From contig JBBRCZ010000019.1 in the NCBI GenBank assembly GCA_038204425.1, positions 1 through 37,689 of the forward strand: a DNA stretch of 37,689 bases, written 5' to 3'. Source of the DNA: Spirochaetia bacterium. Its GTDB lineage: Bacteria; Spirochaetota; Spirochaetia; DSM-27196; Salinispiraceae. Numbering within the stretch: the stretch's first letter is position 1; each line of letters begins with the position of its first letter. The translations under genes were made by a program, and so were the position numbers. Of the stretch, positions 1-7,365 are shown one piece after another. The notes under the pieces are model-generated. The model worked only from the letters and a program-made list of their open reading frames with translations. It did not search any database and was not told where the DNA came from.

Positions 1-245
1 CTGATGCATCACCTCAATTCAGACGGTTTTACGATGAGTTGAAAGAACGCCGTGGTGCCGGACGGGCACGAATTGCACTGATCAGAAAACTATGCGGAAT
101 CATGAGACGAATGCTGATTGGCGGAATGGAATATCGGAACAAGGAAGAAACCCTTTTCAACAACAAAATCCGCCAGTACCGAAAAATACTGGGACAGGTC
201 AAAAAGGATAGTGGTGCGAAAAAATGTGCTTGACTTTTATCATAG
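1..245 (+). mobile_element. 3' end of an IS110-family element (transposase C-terminus, partial; CDS 3..233)
   Basis: Open frame from the window edge reads DASPQFRRFYDELKERRGAGRARIALIRKLCGIMRRML, typical of IS110 C-termini (FY..L..RRG..KA.IA..RKL). It is followed by TTGACTTTTATCATAG, then repeat copy 1. Confidence 0.8.
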
Positions 246-735
246 TGGAACTGTCATTTCAGGATTTTTGCGGCAACGCCGACATAGGAAAGTATAAATC
301 CACCTTCCTTTTGGCGTCAACCCTTGTTCTCGGCATAATTCAACAATCCTTGAGCATCCAGCTCCGCCACTGCCGACATGATCCCCTGGCATTTTGGACA
401 GGTAAACCGATGATGCGGATTAAAAACTGCCGAATACTTGGAGCAAGTCTCCGCCGGACGCCGGCGACAAGGATGTTGCTGGACGGCTTTCAAGCGCAGC
501 AGGAAGCGCTGCGCAGAAAGATTAAGAAGCAGATCATCGGCCAGGTATTTAGCATAGAGCAAGGGCCGTGGGCCGCATAGCAAACCTTTCGAGCGGACTC
601 GCGGGACAAGCCTGCTTGCAGCTCAATCTAATGTTGGACAGATGCGCGTATCGGCGCACCAGCCCGCACCTTGATCTACGCGCGCGCCGTCCATGGCGCG
701 GAGAATTTTTATAGTGTATTATTTTGAGAAATGGA
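246..735. repeat. Dispersed composite repeat, copy 1 (oriIS-like end + IS91-like tnp 3' remnant + attC-like site + GC-rich element end)
   Basis: Direct similarity to 3051-3559 and 5820-6246, starting at GGAACTGTCA. Shared with copy 2 up to TTTTGAGAAATGGA. Confidence 0.95.
575..639 (+). other. attC-like recombination site (65 bp)
   Basis: R'' GCATAGC (contains the TAG of the ...GPWAA* ORF), L'' TTCGAGCGGAC, central hairpin GCGGGACAAGCCTGC, L' GCAGCTCAA, R' GTTGGAC (GTTRRRY). The L boxes pair imperfectly with two extra-helical bases. Confidence 0.7.
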
Positions 736-739
736 AGGG

Positions 740-975
740 ACCGGTTGACGGTTTCCGCATTTCCCCGTTTCGGGCTTGGCTTCAATTGAAGACGTCGGTC
801 CCTGGCTATTTTATGAGCCTCCCCAGAAATGTAGTCACGCTAACCCGATTCCGTTTAAGTTCGCGGTACACCGTGGACTGGTGCTTGCCCAGTTCGTCGG
901 CGATCCCTGTATGTGCTGGTACCCTGTTGATACAGCATCCTTGGTCTCCTTGAATCTATCGTCGTAACTTGATTC
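740..975 (-). pseudogene. IS30-family transposase N-terminal HTH fragment (frameshifted)
   Basis: Minus strand reads GIADELGKHQSTVYRELKRNR, the IS30 helix-turn-helix signature. Flanking frames are broken. Confidence 0.8.
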
Positions 976-984
976 TACCAGGGT

Positions 985-1635
985 TCAAGGATGCTGATTT
1001 TCTATTTCAATAATGTCAATGTGAACCGTGCTACCATAAGAACCAAGTCCAAGTCGAAATGCTCCATCTTGAATTTCAAGCTTACAAATGTCGAAGCAAA
1101 CCCATGAAAGGAATGCCAAAGCGTCTTCTAGTGCTGTTAATACATGCAGTGGTTTTATCTCACTAAAGTATGTTGGATAATTTCTATTTGCAGTAGACTC
1201 GACATCAAATTTAATTTCTGAAGTCAAGTTGTCAATGTTGTAATTGGTTTTCCTTGGTTTAGGATGAACAAATCGATTTCGGCAGGTAAGTATATCCTGA
1301 ATTCCTTTATATTTTTCATGATCTTTGTCAAGTCGTTCACCCATAAAATAACAAAAAAACTCAAACTTAGCTAATGTGCTAGTCCGTTCTACCTTATCGT
1401 ATTTGTTTTTACCAAGATTTAAACTGAGAAGCAATGCATTTGCAGCAGATTCTAAAGAGTTAGAAATCATTAGGAATGAATACCTGCAATTTATTTCCGC
1501 TGTAATAATTGATTGGTCAGAGCCTATGTCGGGCGGAACTAATTTTGCTATTTCATAAAGAGATAGTCCGTGTCGCAATGTGTAAATTGCTTCAAGTATA
1601 TATTCGTGATAAGTTGATATTGATGTCTGATTTAT
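985..1635 (-). CDS. Cassette-like ORF, putative HEPN-domain protein (start uncertain; ORF track extends to 1731 across an attC-like site)
   Basis: AT-rich. Has LESAAN and RNRFVH (R-x4-H). The likely start is ATA at 1635 after AGGAC, just downstream of the attC core. Confidence 0.5.
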   Translation of the reverse strand: MNQTSISTYHEYILEAIYTLRHGLSLYEIAKLVPPDIGSDQSIITAEINCRYSFLMISNSLESAANALLLSLNLGKNKYDKVERTSTLAKFEFFCYFMGERLDKDHEKYKGIQDILTCRNRFVHPKPRKTNYNIDNLTSEIKFDVESTANRNYPTYFSEIKPLHVLTALEDALAFLSWVCFDICKLEIQDGAFRLGLGSYGSTVHIDIIEIENQHP

Positions 1636-1649
1636 TGTCCTAGAATTAC

Positions 1650-1781
1650 CAATAACGGTTTGCACGGAATCTGTCAAGATAGTTTTTGCCACAAATATTG
1701 ATGCGGATAGCCAATGTTTGACTAACCACAAATGTGTCTGTGGAGCGCAGAACCGCCACTTTTGCCAAACAGCTGTTAGCG
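1650..1781 (-). other. Bacteroidetes-style attC-like cassette repeat, partly damaged
   Basis: Minus strand: ACTGCCGCTAACAGCTGTTTGGCAAAAGTGGCGGTT...GACACATTTGTGGTTAGTCAAAC...CAAACCGTTATTGGTAA. It lies between two co-oriented AT-rich ORFs. Resemblance to Bacteroidetes cassette repeats is from recall, not a search. Confidence 0.6.
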
Positions 1782-1826
1782 GCAGTGTTTCTTTCTTCAG
1801 TGTGTGTCATTTGTTATTATTTGTTG

Positions 1827-2123
1827 TCATTGTAGTTTTTTTTTCGAAAAAAAATAAGTCATAATAGCTCTCAATGGCCAAACAATTCCCATCATATTTA
1901 TTTCAAGACTTTTTACTATTCCTATATGGTCGAGAGATACCTTTCCAAACCTTTCTGTGTCGTTTATTGTGTCCAAATTGTAAATATATTGTTCTAAAAG
2001 TATTTGGACAGAAGTGTCAATCCACCAAAAAAACATCAAAGTAATTGAAGCTGTTGTCAAGATGCCAATTGTTAGATAGATGATAAACTTGTAACCAATA
2101 TTTAGTTTTTTTAAGTCGCCCAA
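1827..2123 (-). CDS. Small membrane protein, cassette-like (possibly truncated)
   Basis: 98 aa with two hydrophobic stretches. It begins inside a GTTGGGC core site and is followed by the attC-like site. Confidence 0.45.
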   Translation of the reverse strand: MGDLKKLNIGYKFIIYLTIGILTTASITLMFFWWIDTSVQILLEQYIYNLDTINDTERFGKVSLDHIGIVKSLEINMMGIVWPLRAIMTYFFSKKKLQ

Positions 2124-2189
2124 CGATAAGAACTGGCCTTAAAATAAGGCCGATGAGCAACGTAAATGATACTATACTAATTGTTGTCT
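2118..2189 (-). other. Degenerate attC-like site
   Basis: Minus strand CGCCAGACAAC...GGCCTTATTTTAAGGCC hairpin...GTTGGGC (GTTRRRY), directly before the 98-aa ORF. Confidence 0.35.
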
Positions 2190-2346
2190 GGCGTGCTATT
2201 TGGTTGTCTGCCAGTGATAACTTTTTCTTTATAAGTCAGCGGTAAACTGTCCACTGCCAAAAGTTCTATTGACGCATAAAACTGAAAAGTTACTTCAAAG
2301 TCAGGCCGCAGTCGCGAAGTTGCGTGTAACACTATTTCTACCGTTG

Positions 2347-2550
2347 TCATACGCAGTCATGCAAAGCCAGTTCCAGTTTGTCAAAAAAGCTCCGTACTTC
2401 TGAAATAGACCGAGTCGACACATAGGGGTAAATCTCGGTTGTTTTGCTGCTAAGGTGACCGAGTAGTTCCTGGATAATCTGCAAATTCATGCTTTTTTTT
2501 GCGTATGTGTCGCACAACTATGCTGCAATGTATGCACCGTGGCTTTTTTT
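2347..2550 (-). pseudogene. Tyrosine recombinase/integrase C-terminal catalytic fragment (frameshifted)
   Basis: KKATVHTLQHSCATH, then a frameshift in an A8 run, then MNLQIIQELLGHLSSKTTEIYPYVST...SFFDKL. This is a decayed HxLRH / LLGH / catalytic Tyr set. Not in the ORF track. Confidence 0.85.
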
Positions 2551-2596
2551 ACCATTAATAGCCATACACTAAACTAACAAAATAATATCAATTAAA

Positions 2597-3022
2597 CTAT
2601 ATTCCACAACAAGCTATCGCATCCATAAATTGATTATGAGTATCAGTGTTTGAATTTCCAATTTGTTCCCACAATTGAATAGTATGTTTATTATTGTTTT
2701 CGGATGTGTAAGTTAGATTGTAAACACCATCTCCTTTTTCAAAAAAATAATTATAAAAGCGTAAATTAAGTTCAGGTATAAATAAATCATCGTAATCAAT
2801 TGATCCGCTTGGCATATTTTTAAACCATTGAGCTATTTTTACTAATTCGTTAATATGAACACTATGCTTTTCAGAAAACGTATTTTGAGATTCGAGGTTT
2901 ACTTCAATCGTTACGTTGCAATGATGTTCTAATCGACTTAACTCTAATTTAAAACATATATTTTCATTGCTATTGCTAGGGTTATAAAGCTTTATTGGTT
3001 TAATTTTTTTATTTTGATTCAT
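2597..3022 (-). CDS. Hypothetical protein, AT-rich (weak resemblance to WapI-like immunity proteins)
   Basis: 141-aa ATG ORF. The segment ELVKIAQWF...LFIPELNLRF loosely recalls the WapI family (unverified). Confidence 0.5.
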   Translation of the reverse strand: MNQNKKIKPIKLYNPSNSNENICFKLELSRLEHHCNVTIEVNLESQNTFSEKHSVHINELVKIAQWFKNMPSGSIDYDDLFIPELNLRFYNYFFEKGDGVYNLTYTSENNNKHTIQLWEQIGNSNTDTHNQFMDAIACCGI

Positions 3023-3047
3023 ACTTAATACATACTTAATACATACT
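3020..3047. repeat. 11-bp tandem repeat (CATACTTAATA x2.5)
   Basis: Seen directly between the start codon of 2597-3022 and the end of repeat copy 2. Confidence 0.9.
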
Positions 3048-3158
3048 GATTGGAACTGTCAATCCGGGTATATGGCAATTTTTCGCCGGAATTCGGGTTT
3101 TACCCAGGCTGCAACTGTTTCCGACATAGGTAAGCATAAATCCACCCTCCTTCTGGCG

Positions 3159-3290
3159 TCAACCCTTGTTCTCGGCATAATTCAACAATGCTTGAGCATC
3201 CAGCTCCGCCACTGCCGACATGGTCCCCTGGCATTTTGGACACGTAAACGGGAGAGGCGGATCAGAAATCGCGAATACTCGGAACAAGTC
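3159..3290 (-). pseudogene. IS91/ISCR-like (Y2/HUH) transposase extreme C-terminus; also in copy 1 (stop at 317) and copy 3 (stop at 5928)
   Basis: DLFRVFAISDPPLPFTCPKCQGTMSAVAELDAQALLNYAENKG* resembles the RVFEIDPL.CP.CGG.M..IA tail of IS91-family transposases. The repeat ends ~110 bp further on with GTTCCTAT/GTTCCAAT, which is oriIS-like. Confidence 0.55.
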
Positions 3291-3415
3291 TCCGCCGGAC
3301 GCCGGCGACAAGGATGTTGCTGGACGGCTTTCAAGCGCAGCAGGAAGCGCTGCGCAGAAAGATTAAGAAGCAGATCCTCGGCCAGGTATTTAGCATAGAG
3401 CAAGGGCCGTGGGCC

Positions 3416-3463
3416 GCATAGCAAACGGTTCGAGCGGACTCGCAGGACAATCTAATGTTGGAC
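3416..3463 (+). other. attC-like site with L' box deleted
   Basis: R'' GCATAGC and R' GTTGGAC are present. There is a 17-bp deletion between CAA microhomologies relative to copies 1 and 3. Confidence 0.6.
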
Positions 3464-3629
3464 AGATGCGCCTATCGGCGCACCAGCCCGCACCTTGATT
3501 TACGCCCGCGCCATCCGTTGCGCGGGGATTTTTTATAGTGTATTATTTTGAGAAATGGAGAAGCATAATGACTAAAAAGGAACGCACTCCGTGTAGCGCC
3601 TGTGTTTGGGAGAAGTCGCCGTTTTCTCA

Positions 3630-4517
3630 ATGAAACTCACACACAACCGGGCGATATTTTTGATGGTCGTGGTGACCTTGATGTGGTCCAGCGCGGGCGT
3701 TGTCACGCGCCATCTGGACGCCGCACGCAGCTTTGAAGTCACCTTTTGGCGGGCGCTTTTTACGGTGGTGTCTCTACTGTTCATACTGCCGATGATGCGG
3801 GGGCGCAAAGTTTTTGCAAATATACGCTGCGCAGGTACCGCGTTCTGGATATCCGGTGTTTGTTGGAGCGTGATGTTCACCGCCTTCATGATCGCACTGA
3901 CCATGACCAGCGTTGGCAATGTGCTGATCACCATGTCTTTGGGGCCATTGATGACGGCGCTGATTGCCCGCATCTTTATTGGCCACCGAATCCCACTACG
4001 AACATGGCTGGCCATTGTCTTGGCTGGCGTTGGCATTGCCTACATGTATGCTCCGCAAATCGCAAACGGACAGCTTCTGGGCACATTGGTAGCCTTGTGC
4101 GTGCCCATTGCCGGTGCCATTAATTGGACCGTAACCCAAAATGCACATGCTCTGGGGCACAATGTCGATTTGGTGCCTGCAGTGTTTGTGGGGGCCGTAA
4201 TCAGCACGTTGGTCGCGCTGCCTCTGGCGCTCCCATTTGAAGCCACTGCGCATGATCTGGGGCTATTGGCCTACCTGGGCATTTTTCAACTGGCGATTCC
4301 CTGCGTGCTGGCGGTTTTGTGCGCTGGCGTGCTCAAGGCAACAGAAGTGTCCTTGTTGGCCTTGCTGGAGGTGCTATTCGGTATTCTGCTGGTGTGGGTG
4401 GGAGCCGGTGAAGCACCGGGTAGCAAGGTATTGGTCGGTGGAACATTGGTATTGGGTGCGCTCGTAGCCAACGAGCTGCTAGGTAGGAAACAACGCATTG
4501 GAGCAACGTCATCATGA
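3630..4517 (+). CDS. DMT/EamA family transporter
   Basis: About 10 hydrophobic helices in two EamA-like halves (LMWSSAG...FWRALF; GEAPG..VLVGG). ATG at 3630. Confidence 0.9.
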   Translation: MKLTHNRAIFLMVVVTLMWSSAGVVTRHLDAARSFEVTFWRALFTVVSLLFILPMMRGRKVFANIRCAGTAFWISGVCWSVMFTAFMIALTMTSVGNVLITMSLGPLMTALIARIFIGHRIPLRTWLAIVLAGVGIAYMYAPQIANGQLLGTLVALCVPIAGAINWTVTQNAHALGHNVDLVPAVFVGAVISTLVALPLALPFEATAHDLGLLAYLGIFQLAIPCVLAVLCAGVLKATEVSLLALLEVLFGILLVWVGAGEAPGSKVLVGGTLVLGALVANELLGRKQRIGATSS

Positions 4518-4645
4518 ATCAAGACATCACTGAAATACATGCTGCTGCCGCTGCTGTCCACACTGCAAGCTTGGCGTGTTGACCCCTTAGTCATTGCAGT
4601 TGCCATTCGGAAGAGCAACAAAATTGGCCGGCCTGGTAGCCCCCA

Positions 4646-4876
4646 GAATCTGTCAAGATAGATTTCTAGAGCCTGACCTGTATGGGCCTGCCAGGGAGTG
4701 ACATAGTCCAGTTCCGAGTGCATATGCCGGTGGTTGTAACTATCCACAAAGTCAGCGAACCAGGTACGGGCGTGTTCCAAAAACATAAAGGCGGCAAGGT
4801 AACTGACGGTGCACTTCAAGATTTTGTGCCAGGCCTCGATGAACGCATTGTCGTTGCTGACCCGGGGTCTGGAATG
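4646..4876 (-). pseudogene. IS3-family transposase integrase-core C-terminal fragment with probable right end
   Basis: HSRPRVSNDNAFIEAWHKILK...FVDSYNHRHMHSELDYVTP, then CTATCTTGACAGATTC. Confidence 0.85.
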
Positions 4877-5214
4877 AAAACCGTCAAAATTAGCGTTCTA
4901 TTGATTGGCATCATGTTTTCCTTTTTTCCGTGCTCCACGAAAAGGCAAGTAAGCAAACGATCGGCGTTTCCTGCTCCTCGCAATTATTTACCAAAGAATG
5001 AGAATACCACTATCTGGGAGTTAAAGTAAGGACTTTGTTCTAGCGAGAGAATCGACAATTTGACCTGACAATGGACTAAATAAAATACTTTTACTTACAA
5101 GAAATAAGGCCGCCCGAAGCCGGCCAGCGAAGACTCGATCTAGACCATATGATCTGGACTTCATACGTCGAGGAGCCAATTGCAGAGACAGATCGACGAA
5201 TTTTCCGCTTTGGG

Positions 5215-5299
5215 TTGCTGTATCTTTGTCGTTCCTTCATCTGTTTCCTTCTGCCTGGTCATAACAAGCAAGCGTGTCCACGGATGTCAGTCTAGGTCA
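5215..5299 (-). mobile_element. Probable IS3-family left end (IRL + first codons of orfA) truncating the WD40 gene
   Basis: TGACCTAGACTGACATCCGTGGACAC (TG...GGACAC pattern), then RBS AAGGA and MKERQRYS. Confidence 0.5.
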
Positions 5300-5715
5300 G
5301 TGGCATATTTGCTAATGTCCTCACCTTTAATTTTTGCGGCTACAATATCAGGGCGGTAATAGGTGTCAAAAAACTGATCGATACTTATGATATTCATTCC
5401 GTCGACCATGTAAACCACCTTTATAGCAAGTTTTACACTCCCGGAAAAGTAGCCTTCAGGTATCCAACGCAGCGAATCACCTTCGGGCGTTGCTATTGTT
5501 GAGTAGATAAGTTTGCCGGTGCTGACGGACCAGACTTTCATCGTAGTATCCCGAGAGCCTGAAGCGATGGTCTTACCGTCGGGGGAAAAGGCAACGGAAT
5601 TGACCCAAGAAGAATGTCCCAACTGCACCTTGATTTCTCGGGCAGCGTACATAAAAGCCACCGTATTAAGACACAGGATGGCGATGAGGATAAGCCGTTT
5701 GATTTGTTTGTTCAT
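5287..5715 (-). pseudogene. Secreted WD40-repeat protein remnant (internal deletion, C-terminal truncation)
   Basis: Signal peptide, only one WD40 (GHSSWVNSVAFSPDGKTIASGSRDTTMKVW), then the linker WIPEGYFSGS...DQFFDTYYRPDIV typical of WD40+caspase-domain proteins. The stop comes from the IS-like end. Confidence 0.7.
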
Positions 5716-5819
5716 TGTTTGACTCCTGTCGATTTACTTACTTCATTCCCAATGATTGATAGGAACAAGCATTACAGGGTGTCCGGCCAAAATTGCGACC
5801 GAAGGCCTAAAAAATTATA

Positions 5820-6246
5820 GGAACTGTCAATCCGGGTATATGGCAATTTTCCGTCGAAATTCGGGTTTTACCCCAGACTGTAACTGTTTCCGACATAGGT
5901 AAGCATAAATCCACCCTCCTTCTGGCGTCAACCCTTGTTCTCGGCATAATTCAACAATCCTTGAGCATCCAGCTCCGCCACTGCCGACATGGTCCCCTGG
6001 CATTTTGGACACGTAAACGGGAGAGGCGGATCAGAAATCGCGAATATATGGAGCAAGTCTCCGCCGGACGCCGGCGACAAGGATGTTGCCGGACGGCTTT
6101 CAAGCGCAGCAGGAAGCGCTGCGCAGAAAGATTAAGAAGCAGATCCTCGGCCAGGTATTTAGCATAGAGCAAGGGCCGTGGGCCGCATAGCAAACCTTTC
6201 GAGCGGACTCGCAGGACAAGCCTGCTTGCAGCTCAATCTAATGTTG
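5820..6246. repeat. Dispersed composite repeat, copy 3
   Basis: Matches copies 1 and 2 up to ATGTTG, then diverges inside the attC R' core. Confidence 0.95.
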
Positions 6247-6249
6247 CAC
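6185..6249 (+). other. attC-like site (65 bp)
   Basis: GCATAGC...TTCGAGCGGAC...GCAGGACAAGCCTGC hairpin...GCAGCTCAA...GTTGCAC. Confidence 0.65.
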
Positions 6250-6365
6250 TAAAGCGCTTCGCGGTGGATAAGATCATGACGACTGCCTGTTGATTTCTCG
6301 GGAGCCTTTTTGGGGGCCCTTATTGATCCTTAATACTTCTGCCACTATGGGGGTGGAGGTATCCC

Positions 6366-6633
6366 ATGCAACAAGCACTCGAAGCCATGCGCAAGGCGCT
6401 GGTCATCCGCAACTACGCGACCAAGACGGTTGCCACCTATGTCTCGGTCCTCACCCGCTACCTGAAGCAGCTCAAGAAGCTTATCGAGGACGTCACGCTT
6501 AAGAACATCCAGGAATGGCAGTATTTCCTGGTCGCTGTTTAACCAGATGGTCTGCGCCCTCAGATTCTACTTCCAGAAAGAGCGCAATTACGATTTCCCT
6601 GTCAACCACATCCCGTTTCAGCGCCGGCACAGG
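6366..6633 (+). pseudogene. Tyrosine recombinase N-terminal SAM-like fragment (type usually paired with IS91-family transposases)
   Basis: GGAGGT RBS. MRKALVIRNYATKTVATYVS...IQEWQYFLV, then a deletion/frameshift into WSLFNQMVCALRFYF...HIPFQRR. Truncated. Confidence 0.8.
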
Positions 6634-6638
6634 TACGC

Positions 6639-6860
6639 GATGCGAGCGCTAATTTGCACCGCTTGATTGACCAAGCAAATGAATCTCATCAGCCAATAAT
6701 CATCTCTGGCAAAAGAAGTAATGCAGTATTGCTGGCGGAAGATTATTGGAACTCAATTTAAGAAACACTATTTCTTATTGCTATACCAGGTATGAGAGAA
6801 TCAATTATTGCTGGGATCAAAGAACCATTGTCTGAAAGCTCAAATGAGCTTGATTGGTAA
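6639..6860 (+). pseudogene. yefM: Phd/YefM antitoxin, N-truncated, with in-frame TAA at 6759
   Basis: ANLHRLIDQANESHQPIIISGKRSNAVLLAEDYWNSI*ETLFLIAIPGMRESII...ELDW*. Confidence 0.85.
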
Positions 6861-7020
6861 TGTGGAAGATCGTTTTTACCAAGCATTCAGCAAAGGATTC
6901 AAAAAAAATAGCAGAATTAATATTCAACATCGTCTGGTTTACGGAATATTTCCAGAACAAAGAATAATCCGTATAATAAGAATGTGGACACATGATGAAT
7001 ACTCGGAAATCCAACAATAG
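6860..7020 (+). pseudogene. yoeB: Txe/YoeB toxin with internal deletion
   Basis: TAATG overlap with yefM. MWKIVFTKHSAKDSKKIA is joined out of frame to RINIQHRLVY...IIRMWTH, and an ATCCAAC inverse core follows (7009-7015). Confidence 0.85.
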
Positions 7021-7055
7021 CTTCTCTCCTAGGTGCACCGTGGCCACATGTGCTC

Positions 7056-7304
7056 TTAGTCGGGCTTGGTTGTGCGCTCAAGCCTGCCCAAAAACTCAAG
7101 TGCTTGCTCGCGGCTGTCGCCACACATTTCTTGGTTTGGCTCTAGTCGCGAGCAGACCAAGGGGCGTTGTGCGGTGCCAAAAATAGCGCAGCTCATATCT
7201 AACAAGAGATGTTTGCAAGGAACACCCGCCGCCTTACCGAGACTTGATATAGATGGTGCAATACAGCAAGCGCCGCAGTTTTTCCGACATGCAAAAGAAC
7301 TCAT
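7056..7304 (-). CDS. YkgJ-family cysteine-cluster protein (CxxCxxCC)
   Basis: CRKNCGACCIAPSISS...CKHL...CAIFG..RPLVC...EMCG. Confidence 0.85.
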   Translation of the reverse strand: MSSFACRKNCGACCIAPSISSLGKAAGVPCKHLLLDMSCAIFGTAQRPLVCSRLEPNQEMCGDSREQALEFLGRLERTTKPD

Positions 7305-7365
7305 ACAAGCTTCTAATCGGTATTGCCGCTTGTGTCTATGACACTTGCCTGATAAGGTGCCAGCC

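Larger units (their letters stand above)
3051..3559. repeat. Dispersed composite repeat, copy 2
   Basis: Near-identical to copy 3 over the shared span and similar to copy 1. Its attC (3416-3463) has lost 17 bp (GCCTGCTTGCAGCTCAA). Confidence 0.95.

Noticed and set aside
246..639. One giant minus-strand attC spanning the whole repeat (GTCCAAC...GACAGTTCCAA)
   Set aside because: A compact plus-strand 65-bp attC explains the boxes better, and the far end lacks a conserved GTTRRRY.
933..996. 11-bp inverted repeat CAGCATCCTTG/CAAGGATGCTG as a terminator or IS end
   Set aside because: The loop is 42 bp, there is no U-tract, and no role can be assigned.
2505..2520. GTTGTGCGACA as an attC core
   Set aside because: It is coding sequence (H-S-C-A-T-H) of the integrase pseudogene.
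246..6246. CRISPR array or a functional repeated gene (ORFs 224-580, 317-583, 3072-3398, 3182-3424, 5951-6193)
   Set aside because: Units are ~0.5 kb with kb-scale spacers, and no cas genes are present. The ORFs change frame and length between copies.
2347..6633. The two recombinase fragments as halves of one integron integrase (intI)
   Set aside because: They are on opposite strands with different base composition, and the IntI-specific insertion region is not visible.
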